DNA from: an uncultured Poribacteria bacterium
GTDB taxonomy: Bacteria; Poribacteria; WGA-4E; WGA-3G
Direction of reading: 5' to 3'
Length of the DNA: 64,000 nt
Assembly: GCA_958296135.2 (NCBI GenBank)
Contig: CATQHZ020000001.1
Coordinates: 4,448,001-4,512,000, forward strand
The notes below the pieces were generated by a model. That model saw only the letters and a program-made list of their open reading frames with translations. It had not been told where the DNA came from and ran no database searches. Within the stretch, counting starts at the first letter, position 1; every line of letters begins with the position of its first letter. A program made the position numbers and the translations under genes. Shown in pieces: positions 17,915 through 28,700 of the stretch.

Positions 17915-18898
17915 CTAACGCCTTGCGCCAACACGAAAAACCTCCGTGACAACTTCATCTGTGCGGATGCCTTCGCCTTCGCCTTCAAAGTTGAGGAGGA
18001 TGCGGTGCCGAAGCGCGGGCAGCAGCACGGCATCTACGTCCTCAAACGCGACATTGTAGCGTTTGTCCAGCAACGCCTTGATTTTCGCCGTTAAAGCGAT
18101 CGCCTGCACGCTCCGTATGCCCGCGCCAAGGTGAACATAGCGTTTGACGATGTCCGGTGCCGCCTCGGAATCGGGGTGCGTCATGCGGACGAGGCGGATG
18201 ATGTAGCGTTCAACATGCTCCGCGATGATAACCTGACGGACTAGCCTACGCATCTCGTTGAGCGTCGCCGCGTTCGTCACCTTCTCCACCTGAATCTCAA
18301 CATCGGAGGTGGTGCGGCGCAAGATTTGGACTATCTCGTCCTCACTCGGAAATTCGACGTGCAGTTTGAAGAGAAACCGGTCGAGCTGCGCCTCCGGCAG
18401 CGGATAGGTGCCCTCCATTTCAAGCGGGTTTTGTGTGGCAAGCACACAGAACGGTTCTTGGAGTTGGTGACTCGCGCGGCCGACAGTGACGGTGCGTTCC
18501 TGCATCGCCTCCAGAAGTGCGGATTGCGTGCGCGGTGTCGCGCGGTTAATCTCATCGGCGAGGATGAGCTGCGCGAAGATGGGACCCTCTTGGAATTCAA
18601 ACTGCTTGCCGCCGCGCTCATCCTCAACGAGAAGCGTCGTGCCGGTGATATCCGAGGGCATCATATCCGGCGTGAATTGGATGCGCTTGAAACTCAGGTC
18701 CAACGTCTGGCTGAGCGTATGGATAAGCTGCGTTTTGCCTAAGCCGGGGATGCCTTCAAGCAAGGCGTGCCCGTTGGCGAGTAGGCAAAACAGGATACCC
18801 TCAATAATCGCGTCTTGTCCGACAATGCGCTTCTGGACTTCGGTTTTGACGCTACCAAAGGTTTCGCGGAAGAGGTGGAACTGAGTTTCTAAATCCAT
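17915..18898 (-). CDS. MoxR family AAA+ ATPase
   Basis: GIPGLGKT Walker A, RIQFTPD, LADEINRA, ATQNPLE, LPEAQLDRF; ORF open to 18916. Confidence 0.92.
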   Translation of the reverse strand: MDLETQFHLFRETFGSVKTEVQKRIVGQDAIIEGILFCLLANGHALLEGIPGLGKTQLIHTLSQTLDLSFKRIQFTPDMMPSDITGTTLLVEDERGGKQFEFQEGPIFAQLILADEINRATPRTQSALLEAMQERTVTVGRASHQLQEPFCVLATQNPLEMEGTYPLPEAQLDRFLFKLHVEFPSEDEIVQILRRTTSDVEIQVEKVTNAATLNEMRRLVRQVIIAEHVERYIIRLVRMTHPDSEAAPDIVKRYVHLGAGIRSVQAIALTAKIKALLDKRYNVAFEDVDAVLLPALRHRILLNFEGEGEGIRTDEVVTEVFRVGARR

Positions 18899-19079
18899 GT
18901 TTTTGTATTGGCGCAAGGCGTTCGATTGGCTTTCCCTGTGCGATCACGTCTCCCTACGTAAGCCGTCATCGCCGTTGGCGATGACTACGTTCCTGGGGCC
19001 ATGTCTCTGTAGGGAAACCAGATCGCCCGATCTTGCCCTGTTCAGGAGGCGAGCCCAAACTACAGAGATTAAGTTGGTG

Positions 19080-20129
19080 TTACCAACTTTTGCCCCCAAC
19101 GTAGAGGGCGCGATTTTCCATCGGGAGGGAAACGCGCAAGCCGCCTAAGCGGTGCGATTCAATGATACCCATCAGCATCTCTTGGCTGCGGCGCGCGAGC
19201 TGGACGGGGCCCTTCGTCTCCCGGTCTTCGTCAAGTGCCTCGGCGATGTCCGTGATGCCCATGACGGTGCCAGTGGCGCGCGAAACCTCAGGAAAGGGAA
19301 CCTCCTCTAGGAAAGTGCCATCTTTCTTACGGAATTGGCATTCTCGGCTGTTGTTGAGGACGCGGATCTTGCCGCCGGTGCCGCACACCTCAAACTCAGG
19401 CCCTGTGCCAGCGGTGTTATATCCGTGCACCCCGTTGGCGAAACGGATGTAACCGCCGGCTATCGCCGGATCGACGTTCAACCGATTGCCTTCCCAATCG
19501 GAGTCCTTACAGATGATAGCGCCTTGCACGAAGTCTACCCCCGGGTCGCCCGCGAGGAAGAGGAGCATATCGGCGGCATGAGTTAGGCCCCAGAGCGCGG
19601 AAGATGCCCCGTACTGCGCGATGGTGCATTGGACATCGCCGATTTCACCAGCATCGACGAGTTCGCGCACCTTGCGGTAGAACGGCATGTAGCGGCGTTG
19701 CGTGCCGTAGTTAAACTTCACGCCGTGTTTTTCCACGGCATCTACCATCACATCCGCCTCTTCCATAGAACAGCAGAGCGGTTTCTCGCAGTAGATACCT
19801 TTGACGTTGTTTTCGGCGGCGAAAACGGTTATCTCGGCGTGCGGGCCCGGGCGCGTGGCGATACAGACGATGTCCGGCTTTTCCCGCTCAAGCATCTGTT
19901 GGTAATCGGTATAGGCGCGCTCGGCACCGTAGCGTTGCCGGATTGATTCGGCCTTTTCAGGCACCATATCCGAAACAGCAACCAGGTCGGTCCGGTCGCA
20001 GGCGACAGCGGCGGCCGCGTGTGAAAAAGGTTGCCAGATGAAACTATCGGGACGATTGGCGACTTCATCGTCAATCGTCGCGCCCATCCGTCCGCATCCG
20101 ATGAGACACGTTTTGTAGGTGCGTGGCAT
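19080..20129 (-). CDS. Gfo/Idh/MocA family oxidoreductase
   Basis: IGCGRMG Rossmann motif and CEKP. Confidence 0.9.
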   Translation of the reverse strand: MPRTYKTCLIGCGRMGATIDDEVANRPDSFIWQPFSHAAAAVACDRTDLVAVSDMVPEKAESIRQRYGAERAYTDYQQMLEREKPDIVCIATRPGPHAEITVFAAENNVKGIYCEKPLCCSMEEADVMVDAVEKHGVKFNYGTQRRYMPFYRKVRELVDAGEIGDVQCTIAQYGASSALWGLTHAADMLLFLAGDPGVDFVQGAIICKDSDWEGNRLNVDPAIAGGYIRFANGVHGYNTAGTGPEFEVCGTGGKIRVLNNSRECQFRKKDGTFLEEVPFPEVSRATGTVMGITDIAEALDEDRETKGPVQLARRSQEMLMGIIESHRLGGLRVSLPMENRALYVGGKSW

Positions 20130-20200
20130 GAGTTTTCTCCTATCCGTGGGCGCGCTTGGAAAGCGCGCCTACCGGTTTATGACAGTCAGCATATTGATTC

Positions 20201-20274
20201 GTAGGGCGCGGGCCGTTAGCCGAAACGCTGGCATCTCTGCAGCCTCGCTGCAGAGATGGCCACTAGCCCTCGCC
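20201..20274 (+). repeat. REP with 49-bp palindromic insert
   Basis: GTAGGGCGCGGGCC[gttagccgaa...catctctgcagcctcgctgcagagatg...ccac]TAGCCCTCGCC. Confidence 0.75.
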
Positions 20275-20291
20275 AGCTCACCATATTCACT

Positions 20292-21761
20292 TTAGTCCCC
20301 GGTGTAGAGTTTGCCAAAATAGGGCCGGAAGCCAGCGGGCCCGGGGTAGCCGTCCCAATAGTTGGGATTTTCAGGGAATTCGGATTCGCCGCTGCTGCGG
20401 AGCCATGCCATGAGTGAGGCATCGGTGCCGCGGCGTTCAATTTCGTCCAGGGCAGCGGCATGCAGCTTCGCGACGACATCGGGATGCTCGGATTGAACTT
20501 CTTCCAAGGAACCGCGCCTGACGAGACGCGATGTTTCCGGTTTTGCCGCTACCTCCAAACTCCATTCACCATCAAAAGCAGTGAAAAGATTCATAGTCGG
20601 GTTGTTTACGGCGTTGCTCCATCTCTCGATGCTTCCGCCGGATAAAGCGAGCTGCCGTTCGCCCCCAACCGTGTCTGAAGTCCCTTCGCGCGCAGGCGTT
20701 AAAATGTCGTATCCCTCAATGCCCCCGGGAGCCTCTTCGCCGAGAATGTTGAGAATTGTCGGGAAGAAGTCCTGAGGTTGGACGATGACGTTGCTTCTGC
20801 CTGAGTCACCTTCCGGCAAGCGGATGAAGAGGGGGACATGCGCCTCTTGCTCGCGGACAGGTTGTCCCTTGCCAAAATTCCCGCGCTCGCCGACGTTGGT
20901 GCCGTGGTCGCCCGTTAAAATGACCGCGGTGTTTTTCTCTAACCCGGTGGATTTCAGCGCGGCTAAGAATTCGCCGAAGCAGTGGTCCATCCATGTCAAC
21001 TTCGCGGCGTATTGCGCTTTGATGTGCGCCTTCGCCTCATCCGAGAGGTTCGGATTGTTTCTCCCGCCGCCGAGGGTGCGCGGATCGACGCGGCCGTCGT
21101 AGCCGGGGCGCGTGTCGTATTTCTTCATGAACGCCAGTGGTGCATCCCACGGCTCGTGCGGATCGAAGCAGTCCACCCAGAGGAAGAAGTTTTCGCGGTT
21201 TGCATTATCCTTGAGGAATTGCGCCGCGGTGTTAAAGAGTTTCGCGCAATTCCAATCTGCCGGATTTTTGCGGTTTCGGTTGGCGCGGGCGTAACTCCGC
21301 AGCATGCCGGATTCCGCCGCCTTATCATCAATGCAATCAAATAGCGACTGCCGGACCCAGTTGTCTGGCCATTCGACGGTATCAGTAATCCAGTCCCTAT
21401 CCACTTCTGCGCCTCGGACGAATGTCCAGGCGTGGAAGGGCCAGTCAAAGTTGTGTCCGCCGTTGACGAGGTGCGGCGTATCGTGAATAAGTTGGGTCGC
21501 GTATCCTTTCTCTCCGAGCGTCCACGGCAAAGTAACGCGCTCGTGTCGGAGCGGTTTCCATGGATGGAACGGCGCGCCGTATTGTCCGGTGATGACATCG
21601 GTGCGGTAGGGGATAGTCGGGAAACTCGCACAGAAGGCATTGTCAAATGCCCAGGCGTTTGCGGCGAATGCGTCAATGTTGGGCGTTTCAAGCCAGTCGT
21701 TGCCGTTCGCGCCGATGTAGTCGTAGCGGAGTGTGTCAATAACAATATAGGCGAGGTTCAC
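20292..21761 (-). CDS. Sulfatase-like hydrolase (alkaline phosphatase superfamily)
   Basis: IVIDTLRYD, TPNID, TIPYR at the C/SxPxR position, DPHEP, TGDHG, HVPLFI. Confidence 0.85.
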   Translation of the reverse strand: MNLAYIVIDTLRYDYIGANGNDWLETPNIDAFAANAWAFDNAFCASFPTIPYRTDVITGQYGAPFHPWKPLRHERVTLPWTLGEKGYATQLIHDTPHLVNGGHNFDWPFHAWTFVRGAEVDRDWITDTVEWPDNWVRQSLFDCIDDKAAESGMLRSYARANRNRKNPADWNCAKLFNTAAQFLKDNANRENFFLWVDCFDPHEPWDAPLAFMKKYDTRPGYDGRVDPRTLGGGRNNPNLSDEAKAHIKAQYAAKLTWMDHCFGEFLAALKSTGLEKNTAVILTGDHGTNVGERGNFGKGQPVREQEAHVPLFIRLPEGDSGRSNVIVQPQDFFPTILNILGEEAPGGIEGYDILTPAREGTSDTVGGERQLALSGGSIERWSNAVNNPTMNLFTAFDGEWSLEVAAKPETSRLVRRGSLEEVQSEHPDVVAKLHAAALDEIERRGTDASLMAWLRSSGESEFPENPNYWDGYPGPAGFRPYFGKLYTGD

Positions 21762-21852
21762 TTCGGTTCTCCTTTCAATGTGTCTAGGACTTACGCGGTT
21801 TCAAACCGTGCCTACCAGAAATGATTTATAGGATTCGCTTAAACCCCAAAAA

Positions 21853-22596
21853 TCACCACTTCGGGATTGCACCGAGCAATAATTTCTGCTGCGACGTGCC
21901 ATTCTCTCGGAGTTTGGTGACGCGGGGGCCGTCAAAAGGCTCACGGGATTTCATCCACGCATTCTGATAGCACATCAGGCAGACGCGCCGGCGTTGCGAA
22001 GAGGTATTGGCGGCACCGCGATGCCACGTCCAGCCATCAAACATCACCGCCTGACCCGGGGATACCAACACCCGTTTCTCATCGGGGAGTTGGATAGGGC
22101 TCGGTGGTGGCCGGAACGGAGCTCTGTGGCTGCCGGGTTGAATCACCGTCGGTCCCGTATCATCCGTGATTTCGTCCAGATAGTAGCCGCAGTTAATCTG
22201 CGCGGGGAGACTACCGTAAGGCGTGCCGTGCGGTGCAACGGGCCAAGGGCCATCGCGATGCCAATTCTGGTCTGGCGTGCCGGGCTCGGTGATGCGCGCC
22301 GTCGCGCTGTGCAACTGGACACACGTGCCGAGGATCGCCTCCATCCGATTCATCACAGGCGGGTTGTCCAATAGAAAAGCGAACCTGTCGTCCTCTTCAA
22401 GCAGTTCCCCTATGAATTGGCTGTTGTCGCGGCGGGCGTAACTTTCGTCAAGCGCGGCGCGTAAATCTTCTAACTGCCCAGGCGTTACAGCGTTATCCAC
22501 GACGAGATAACCCCACCTGAGAAAGAAATCAACTTCCTGCTGCAGTTGATAGTCCAAGTCAACGTTGAGTTGGGATGGAACGGAAAAATCGGCCAT
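21853..22596 (-). CDS. PhyH family dioxygenase
   Basis: FLRWGY, WHRD, QPGSH, WHRGAAN. Confidence 0.88.
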   Translation of the reverse strand: MADFSVPSQLNVDLDYQLQQEVDFFLRWGYLVVDNAVTPGQLEDLRAALDESYARRDNSQFIGELLEEDDRFAFLLDNPPVMNRMEAILGTCVQLHSATARITEPGTPDQNWHRDGPWPVAPHGTPYGSLPAQINCGYYLDEITDDTGPTVIQPGSHRAPFRPPPSPIQLPDEKRVLVSPGQAVMFDGWTWHRGAANTSSQRRRVCLMCYQNAWMKSREPFDGPRVTKLRENGTSQQKLLLGAIPKW

Positions 22597-22820
22597 CGGT
22601 TATCCTCCTGTCTCGCGATAGCGCACATCAGGGCGGATAGAGACATCCACCCCCTACAGGCACAATGCGCGCCCGTTTTCCAAAAATTGTCCGATTTCAT
22701 ACTGAAACTTCATCCGAGCCCGAACTATAGAGGCGAATTGGGTCTTAGCCAAGGAACGCAGCATACAACAACGGCGCATGCAGGGCTACGTCAGTAAACG
22801 TTATTGCATCGGAGGTGTGC

Positions 22821-23654
22821 TCAAAGCTTTGCGCCAAGACGAAGAATTGCACCGCGGTCGGCGGCTGCCCATTCTTCCCACCGTTCTTCGTCGGCGCAGA
22901 GAAACCCGGAGTTGCACCGAGGTTGCAACTGTTCATCGACACCGAGGAGCCGCATTTGTTGATGATTATTGGCGGCTTTTGCTTCGGCGAGCAACTTCTG
23001 CGTGTGCGGGCCGCTGTGATGGTCTGTGTGTTTGAGCCATGTCAAGTTGTAATAGATACTAAAGAAATAGCGCAACTGCCCGGAAGTATTCGGCGTGCCA
23101 GAATGCACCAGCCCGTTATGCGTGATGACGACATCGCCTGCCTTCATGTGGATGAGGGTTTCATCCGAATGCGGTTTCGCGCGTGCCGCGTCTGCCATCG
23201 TGAGCGGCGTGCGGTGCGAACCGACGATGACGCGGAGCGGCCCAAACGCATCCGTCAAATCTTGCAAGTAAGAGATCGCGTTAATGGCATTCGGACGGTG
23301 ATATGCATCCGTGTAAGGCACATGCGCCCACCGGTCGCGATGCCACCCCGAAACTCGCCCCTTCCCCTTCTCCGGTTCAATTGAGGAAAATGCGGCGAGC
23401 GTCAGGTTATCCAACTGCACAAACGGCCCCATCACCTTCTCCACGAATTCAAGAATAGTAGGATGCGTGACAGCGGGCCACATCAAATCGGGTGCCAATT
23501 CTAGGGTGTTTCCGAACCACGTTTGCCCGTTATTTTCGGCGGAGAGCTGCCGGTGCTTCTCGCGCCAGAGGTGCATCTGTGGCTCGGCGAAAACCTTCTC
23601 AAAAACGGTGAAGCCGTTGGTTTTGTATGCCTCAAACCGCTCGTCTGTTGTCAT
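22821..23654 (-). CDS. PhyH family dioxygenase
   Basis: YKTNGF, WHRD, VIVGSH, AGDVVI...HSGTPN. Confidence 0.88.
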   Translation of the reverse strand: MTTDERFEAYKTNGFTVFEKVFAEPQMHLWREKHRQLSAENNGQTWFGNTLELAPDLMWPAVTHPTILEFVEKVMGPFVQLDNLTLAAFSSIEPEKGKGRVSGWHRDRWAHVPYTDAYHRPNAINAISYLQDLTDAFGPLRVIVGSHRTPLTMADAARAKPHSDETLIHMKAGDVVITHNGLVHSGTPNTSGQLRYFFSIYYNLTWLKHTDHHSGPHTQKLLAEAKAANNHQQMRLLGVDEQLQPRCNSGFLCADEERWEEWAAADRGAILRLGAKL

Positions 23655-23742
23655 TGTTGTTTTCCTCTATCGTCTGACCTGTTACGGGCGGAGGAAATCC
23701 GCCCTTACACTCCTGTGGCAACGGATAAATCTAATCTCCTAC

Positions 23743-24693
23743 CTAACGGAGGCCCCCTAAGATATCCGCTGCGAGTTGCATGGTTTTCACCGCCTCGTCT
23801 AAATTCGCGGCGGGAAACAAGACAGGCGTATCGTTTTTGACGCAATCTAGGAAATACCGGGCTTGCTCAACGGTGCCGCCTGTGCCCGCGCCTGTCAGTT
23901 CGTGTTGTGCGCCATCGCAGAAAACGGTTCCGCGGGACACGCCTTCCAAATAGGCCGAGATGTCTCTGCCGTGAATTTCATAACGCTCAAGGCGCGCATC
24001 GGTAGTATAGTTGGCGATGAGTTGCGCAACGCAACCGTTGTCAAACAGAATCAGCGCGGCATGGACATCTTTGAACACCGAGATGGAACGTTGGACGACG
24101 CTATGCACCTCTTTCACATCAGCTTCGGCGATGGCGCGCAACGCATCTAGCGAGTGGATAGGCGTTTCCAAGAACATGTTGTCCATTAGGTGTTCCGGGA
24201 ATTTCCCAGAACGCGACAAACGGGTGATGCTCTTGTGGAACTCGCCGACGAGCTGCGTGACAGGCCCGCGTGCCGTTACGCGTCGTTTCGCTTCGACAAT
24301 GAGAGGATGAAACCGCCGATTCCAACCTACCATGCCTTTTGCGCCGGTTCGCTTCGCGGTATCTCGCAAATTTATCGTCTCTGCGACGCTCATCCCCGGC
24401 GGTTTTTCGAGCAGCGTATTGACACCGCGCGCGAGGCAGGGGAGAGCAGCTTCGCCGTTGAGATGCGCCGGTGTCGCGACGAAGATCGCATCCAAATCCT
24501 CGGTGTCTAGCAAGGCATCGATTGTCTCGTAGCGGTTCGCGATGTTGAACGTCTCACCAGCGGCTTTGCGCGCTGCTTCAACCGGGTCGCAGATTGCGAC
24601 GAGGGTGGTATCTTCAAATTGCGAGAGAATGTTGAGATGGCCGCGCCCGCGGCCCCCACATCCGATGACAGCAACGCGTATGGAGGTTGCCAT
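23743..24693 (-). CDS. Gfo/Idh/MocA family oxidoreductase
   Basis: VIGCGGRG, LEKPPG, GWNRRF; TTGACA-17-TATGCT promoter at 24759-24731. Confidence 0.9.
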   Translation of the reverse strand: MATSIRVAVIGCGGRGRGHLNILSQFEDTTLVAICDPVEAARKAAGETFNIANRYETIDALLDTEDLDAIFVATPAHLNGEAALPCLARGVNTLLEKPPGMSVAETINLRDTAKRTGAKGMVGWNRRFHPLIVEAKRRVTARGPVTQLVGEFHKSITRLSRSGKFPEHLMDNMFLETPIHSLDALRAIAEADVKEVHSVVQRSISVFKDVHAALILFDNGCVAQLIANYTTDARLERYEIHGRDISAYLEGVSRGTVFCDGAQHELTGAGTGGTVEQARYFLDCVKNDTPVLFPAANLDEAVKTMQLAADILGGLR

Positions 24694-24761
24694 AATGTTT
24701 TCCTGCTCCTCGGTTTGGCATTTTTCCATTAGCATAGCATGTTTTTAAAAATGTGTCAACG

Positions 24762-24803
24762 AAAAAAACGCGCGAGCGAGGAAAGTTAACTCCTCGCTCG
24801 CGC
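24762..24803 (-). terminator. Intrinsic terminator
   Basis: 13-bp GC-rich stem GCGCGAGCGAGGA/TCCTCGCTCGCGC followed by T7 on the minus strand. Confidence 0.7.
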
Positions 24804-24804
24804 T

Positions 24805-25720
24805 AGTGGGCCCTTGACGTAGGGAGAGAACCTGTCTCTCGCGATCTCTCAACCCCCAAAACGGCCCCTTTCACCGTAGCGCGGGGGCCCGGCGATCACT
24901 AATCGCCGAGGGTTCCCCCCGCTATCGTTCGACCCACACAAAAAACGACCGAAGCCCCGGGACTGCGGCCCTCTTCTCCGCAGATCGATGCATGGCGCGG
25001 CACAGGACCGCGCCCTACGGACTAAGGGCCTTTTTACCGACGGGCCCTTTTAACCGTAGCGCGAGGGCCGTCACGCCGAAACTTTGTCATCTCTGCAGCC
25101 TCGCTGCAGAGATGTCCACTGTCCCTCGCGATCTACCTAACCACACGAACCCCCTTTCACCATCGCGCGAGGGAAAACCTGTCCCCCGGTAGGAGAGACC
25201 TCCCGCGTCTCGATGTTCGGATCTTCTTTACAGACCGACGCATGGCGCGGCACAGGACCGCGCCCTACGGACTAAGGGCCTTTTTACCGACGGGCCCTTT
25301 TAACCGTAGCGCGAGGGCCTGTCCCTCGCGATCTACCTAACCACACGAACCCCCTTTCACCCTCGCGCGAGGGAAAACCTGGCCCTCGCGAAACGGCCCC
25401 TTTTCACCGTAGCGCGAGGGCCCGGCGATCGCGAATCGCCGAGGGTTCCCCTCGCGATCGTCCGAACCACACGAACCCCCCTTTCACCGTAGCGTGAGGG
25501 AAAACCTGTCCCTCGCGATCCCTCTTGATAGACCGACGCATGGCGCAGCACAGGACCGCGCCCTACGGACTAAGGCGCCCTTTTTACCATCGCATGGCGA
25601 GGCACAAGACCGCGCCCTACGGACTAAGGCACCTTTTTACCGTCGCACACGAAAAAAACAGCCGCAACCCCAAGGGGCCACGGCCGTTTTCTACATGGCG
25701 AAGGACAACCCCCGCCCTAC
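24805..25720. repeat. Composite REP/BIME-like palindromic repeat array (left)
   Basis: 4-5 copies of GCATGGCGCGGCACAGGACCGCGCCCTACGGACTAAGG alternating with GTAGCGCGAGGG-CCTGT-CCCTCGCG variants. Confidence 0.85.
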
Positions 25721-25722
25721 AT

Positions 25723-28700
25723 CTATTTCGCCTGCTTTTTCACAGCACCGAACGTCGTCAACTGCCGATTGGCCGCGGAGACTGGCCCCCGCAACATCCG
25801 CATCGCCAACGTCGCCGGCCGCCCATCAAACGCGACCTCCTCGATCTGATAATAGTACTCAACACCCGGCTTCGCAGACGTGTCCGTAAACGTATACGTC
25901 TGACGCTCACCTGTCGTGCCAGCACCCGCAATCAACGCAGCATTCAGCAGCGTGAAACCACTGTCGCGTTTCTCACTACGGCGCAGGTTAAAACCAGCGT
26001 TGTCGACTTCGGACTCCGTCGTCCAGGTCACGACAACCGCACCTGCCTCCGTGCGCGCCACGGTGAAACTTGACAACTCCACCGGCAACGCACCACCGCG
26101 CCGATACCCCGGCGTGCCGATGTCCTCAGCATGCCCATAGTGGAGGGCTGACACCGCGAGTCGCTTGACGTTCGACGCCAGAGCCCAACTCGCACGCTGC
26201 TTCCCTTTCAGTGCAACGCCTTTGTCGTAACGCCGAATCAGCGAACTCCGAACGCCTTCCTCAACACTCACCGGCAACGCCCACGCCGGCGCATCTTTCG
26301 TCCGACGATTCCCATCGGTATTGCCCACTTCATCTATCTTCGTCCCATTCCTATCGGTAAGTTTCAGGTAGAACCCTTCCGCGCTCAGGAACGTATCCCG
26401 CGCAGTCTTGATGCGCAGGTTCCTCTGATGCAGTGCCAACAGGTTGTAAACCCGCTCCGCAGGAAACACCGTGCTTGAAGACGCACGCGCAGGCCCCGCG
26501 ACAATCAGCAGCGTCTGATTCGGTTGAATCACCTTCTCTTGCAACGTCAACGCCACAATCGGCCGCCCTACCAAATCTTCCGAATCCACATTCTGGAACT
26601 CCAATTGCCACCGGTTCAGATTGAGTGCCTCGGTCTTGGATTTATTATACAGCTCTATCCACTGTGGCAGTGTGCCACCACCCGAATCAAACATCACTTC
26701 GCTGATAGTGATACTGCCTTTCGGCGTGGCAGCACCCGTTTTCACGGCACCATTCGGATACCCCGGTGTGCCTGCGGTGGCAGCAGACTTCGAGACAGTC
26801 CTGTCATAGCCGATACCGGTGAACGCCGCCTCTGCCCAGGCATCTTTATGGTAACCCACAATATCTGCCTTGGCGCGCTGCCACACCTTACCAGAGCCGA
26901 GGGCCCCTTCGGTATCACCACCCGGTGCCTCACGCACTTGCAACGGCCACACGTAGGTATCATAGTCCCCTGTCTGCTCGCGAACGAACGCATCCGTGTC
27001 ACTGCCACCGCCACCGGCGACATCGACAAATGCCTCGTTCATACCGAGTTTCTCCTTGGCGTTCCGCAGAATCAATAGGAACTTCCCATCATCTGGCAAG
27101 GATAGCCCCGCATCCACCAAAAACGCATGCGACAACCCTCTCTGCTCACCACCTGCCAGCGGCGTTTTATCCGGCGCACTGTTCGTGATGAGTAAGAGCC
27201 CATTGGCCGGCACACTCACATCCGCGAAAACGACAAGCGATGTATCTTCCTTTTGCCCATCGGCCACAACCGAAAGCTCATAGTCTTTCAGGGATACCGC
27301 CGAACCCGTGACATTCCGCAATTCCAGCCAATCATTTGCAGCACCGCTGCCATTGCCGAACTCGTTAAAAACAATCGGACTGCGAGGCACAGCAGACGCA
27401 GCAGCCTTCGGCGATGTCTCCTCGGGGAAAAACGGCACAAACGGCACAACCGGTGTCTCCTGGACGACAGGCGAACCCCCCGGGGCCGCCGCCGGCACCG
27501 AGGCCGGCGCAGCACCAGAACCCATCGCAGGCGCTGCTGTCCCAGACTGCCGCTGTTGCTCAGACAGCAACGTCGTCCCTTCCGGCACCTGTATCTCGAC
27601 AGAGGGAGCACGCACTGTCTCTGCCACCGTGTCCGTGGCTGCCACCGTATACGCGAATGTCACCCGGGTCGAATTCGTGTCTTCCGCCGCTGTCCAAACA
27701 GCATGCCGCGCATTCGCTAACACCTGTTCACCCAGATACACCACCAGATACGGCAGGTTGGCCCCTTCATACCGCAGATTCTCCTGGGCATACGTCACCG
27801 ACACTTCAATCTTATCTCCGGCGGTATAGACACCCGCGGGGGGCGCAACAATCTCCGGCGTACCCACCACGCTGTCCACCGGCACTGTTAACGTATTCGA
27901 TACCAGATTCCCGTTGCCCGCAATGTCCATCGTGGCACCCGCGGGCACCTGAATCGTCACATCGCCCCTAAAACCAGCGGCGGGCGTAATCCGCGCTTTG
28001 TAAACCAAGAACGATGCCGAATTCTTCGCATCACCGGGACTGTGCCCAGCGTCTCCGGAGTAATTCTGTAATGCACGATGGTCGAGCCCAATGTAAACCG
28101 GGGCATCAACCGTCCAATCCAGCGAATTCCCATCGGCATCGCTGAAGACAATGTCCTCCGCGCCAAACGTCTCACCGATTTCCTCGGCGATGGCACCCGT
28201 CTCAGAGTGATGGTTCGTAAAGCGGAATTCAACGTCAAACGCGCCGTCCTGCGACACCGATTCCGTAGTCCCTGCCGCAAAATCTGTCACAGCGTGCCCA
28301 GATGCACTGGGATCCAGGTTGACTATCGCGTTGAGTCGATCCTCGGTGTGCGTCTCCCCATTCTTTATCAAGCCGGGAATCCACACCGTCGGCGGAAGGG
28401 TATCCACAAGGTGCCTGACGACTGCCTGGGCGTAGGCAGCGGCCTTCGCACCGGCAAGAGGGAGGGGCCGCTCCCAACTTCGATAACTCGTAATCGTTCT
28501 CCAATTGTTGGGGCCTTGCCACGTGTTGTCAATTGAATCATCCTGAATCAGAAACCTCCGAAACTCCAATTCAATATCGTGCTGAAACCACGTACCATAA
28601 TCAAAAGTGTAGCCAGCCGCGTTTTTTATGTGCTGCTGCTGCGCTGCGGGAAGCCACTGACCCTGACCATTTACCTCCCACTTACCGGAACGGGCATTAT

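Noticed and set aside
25070-25119. Integron attC site
   Set aside because: No RYYYAAC/GTTRRRY end pair, it does not flank gene cassettes, and there is no integrase.
24992-26073. Short ORFs beginning MARHRTAPYGLR (also at 30898-31365)
   Set aside because: They are translations of the repeat units, with no RBS or promoter and no domain signal.
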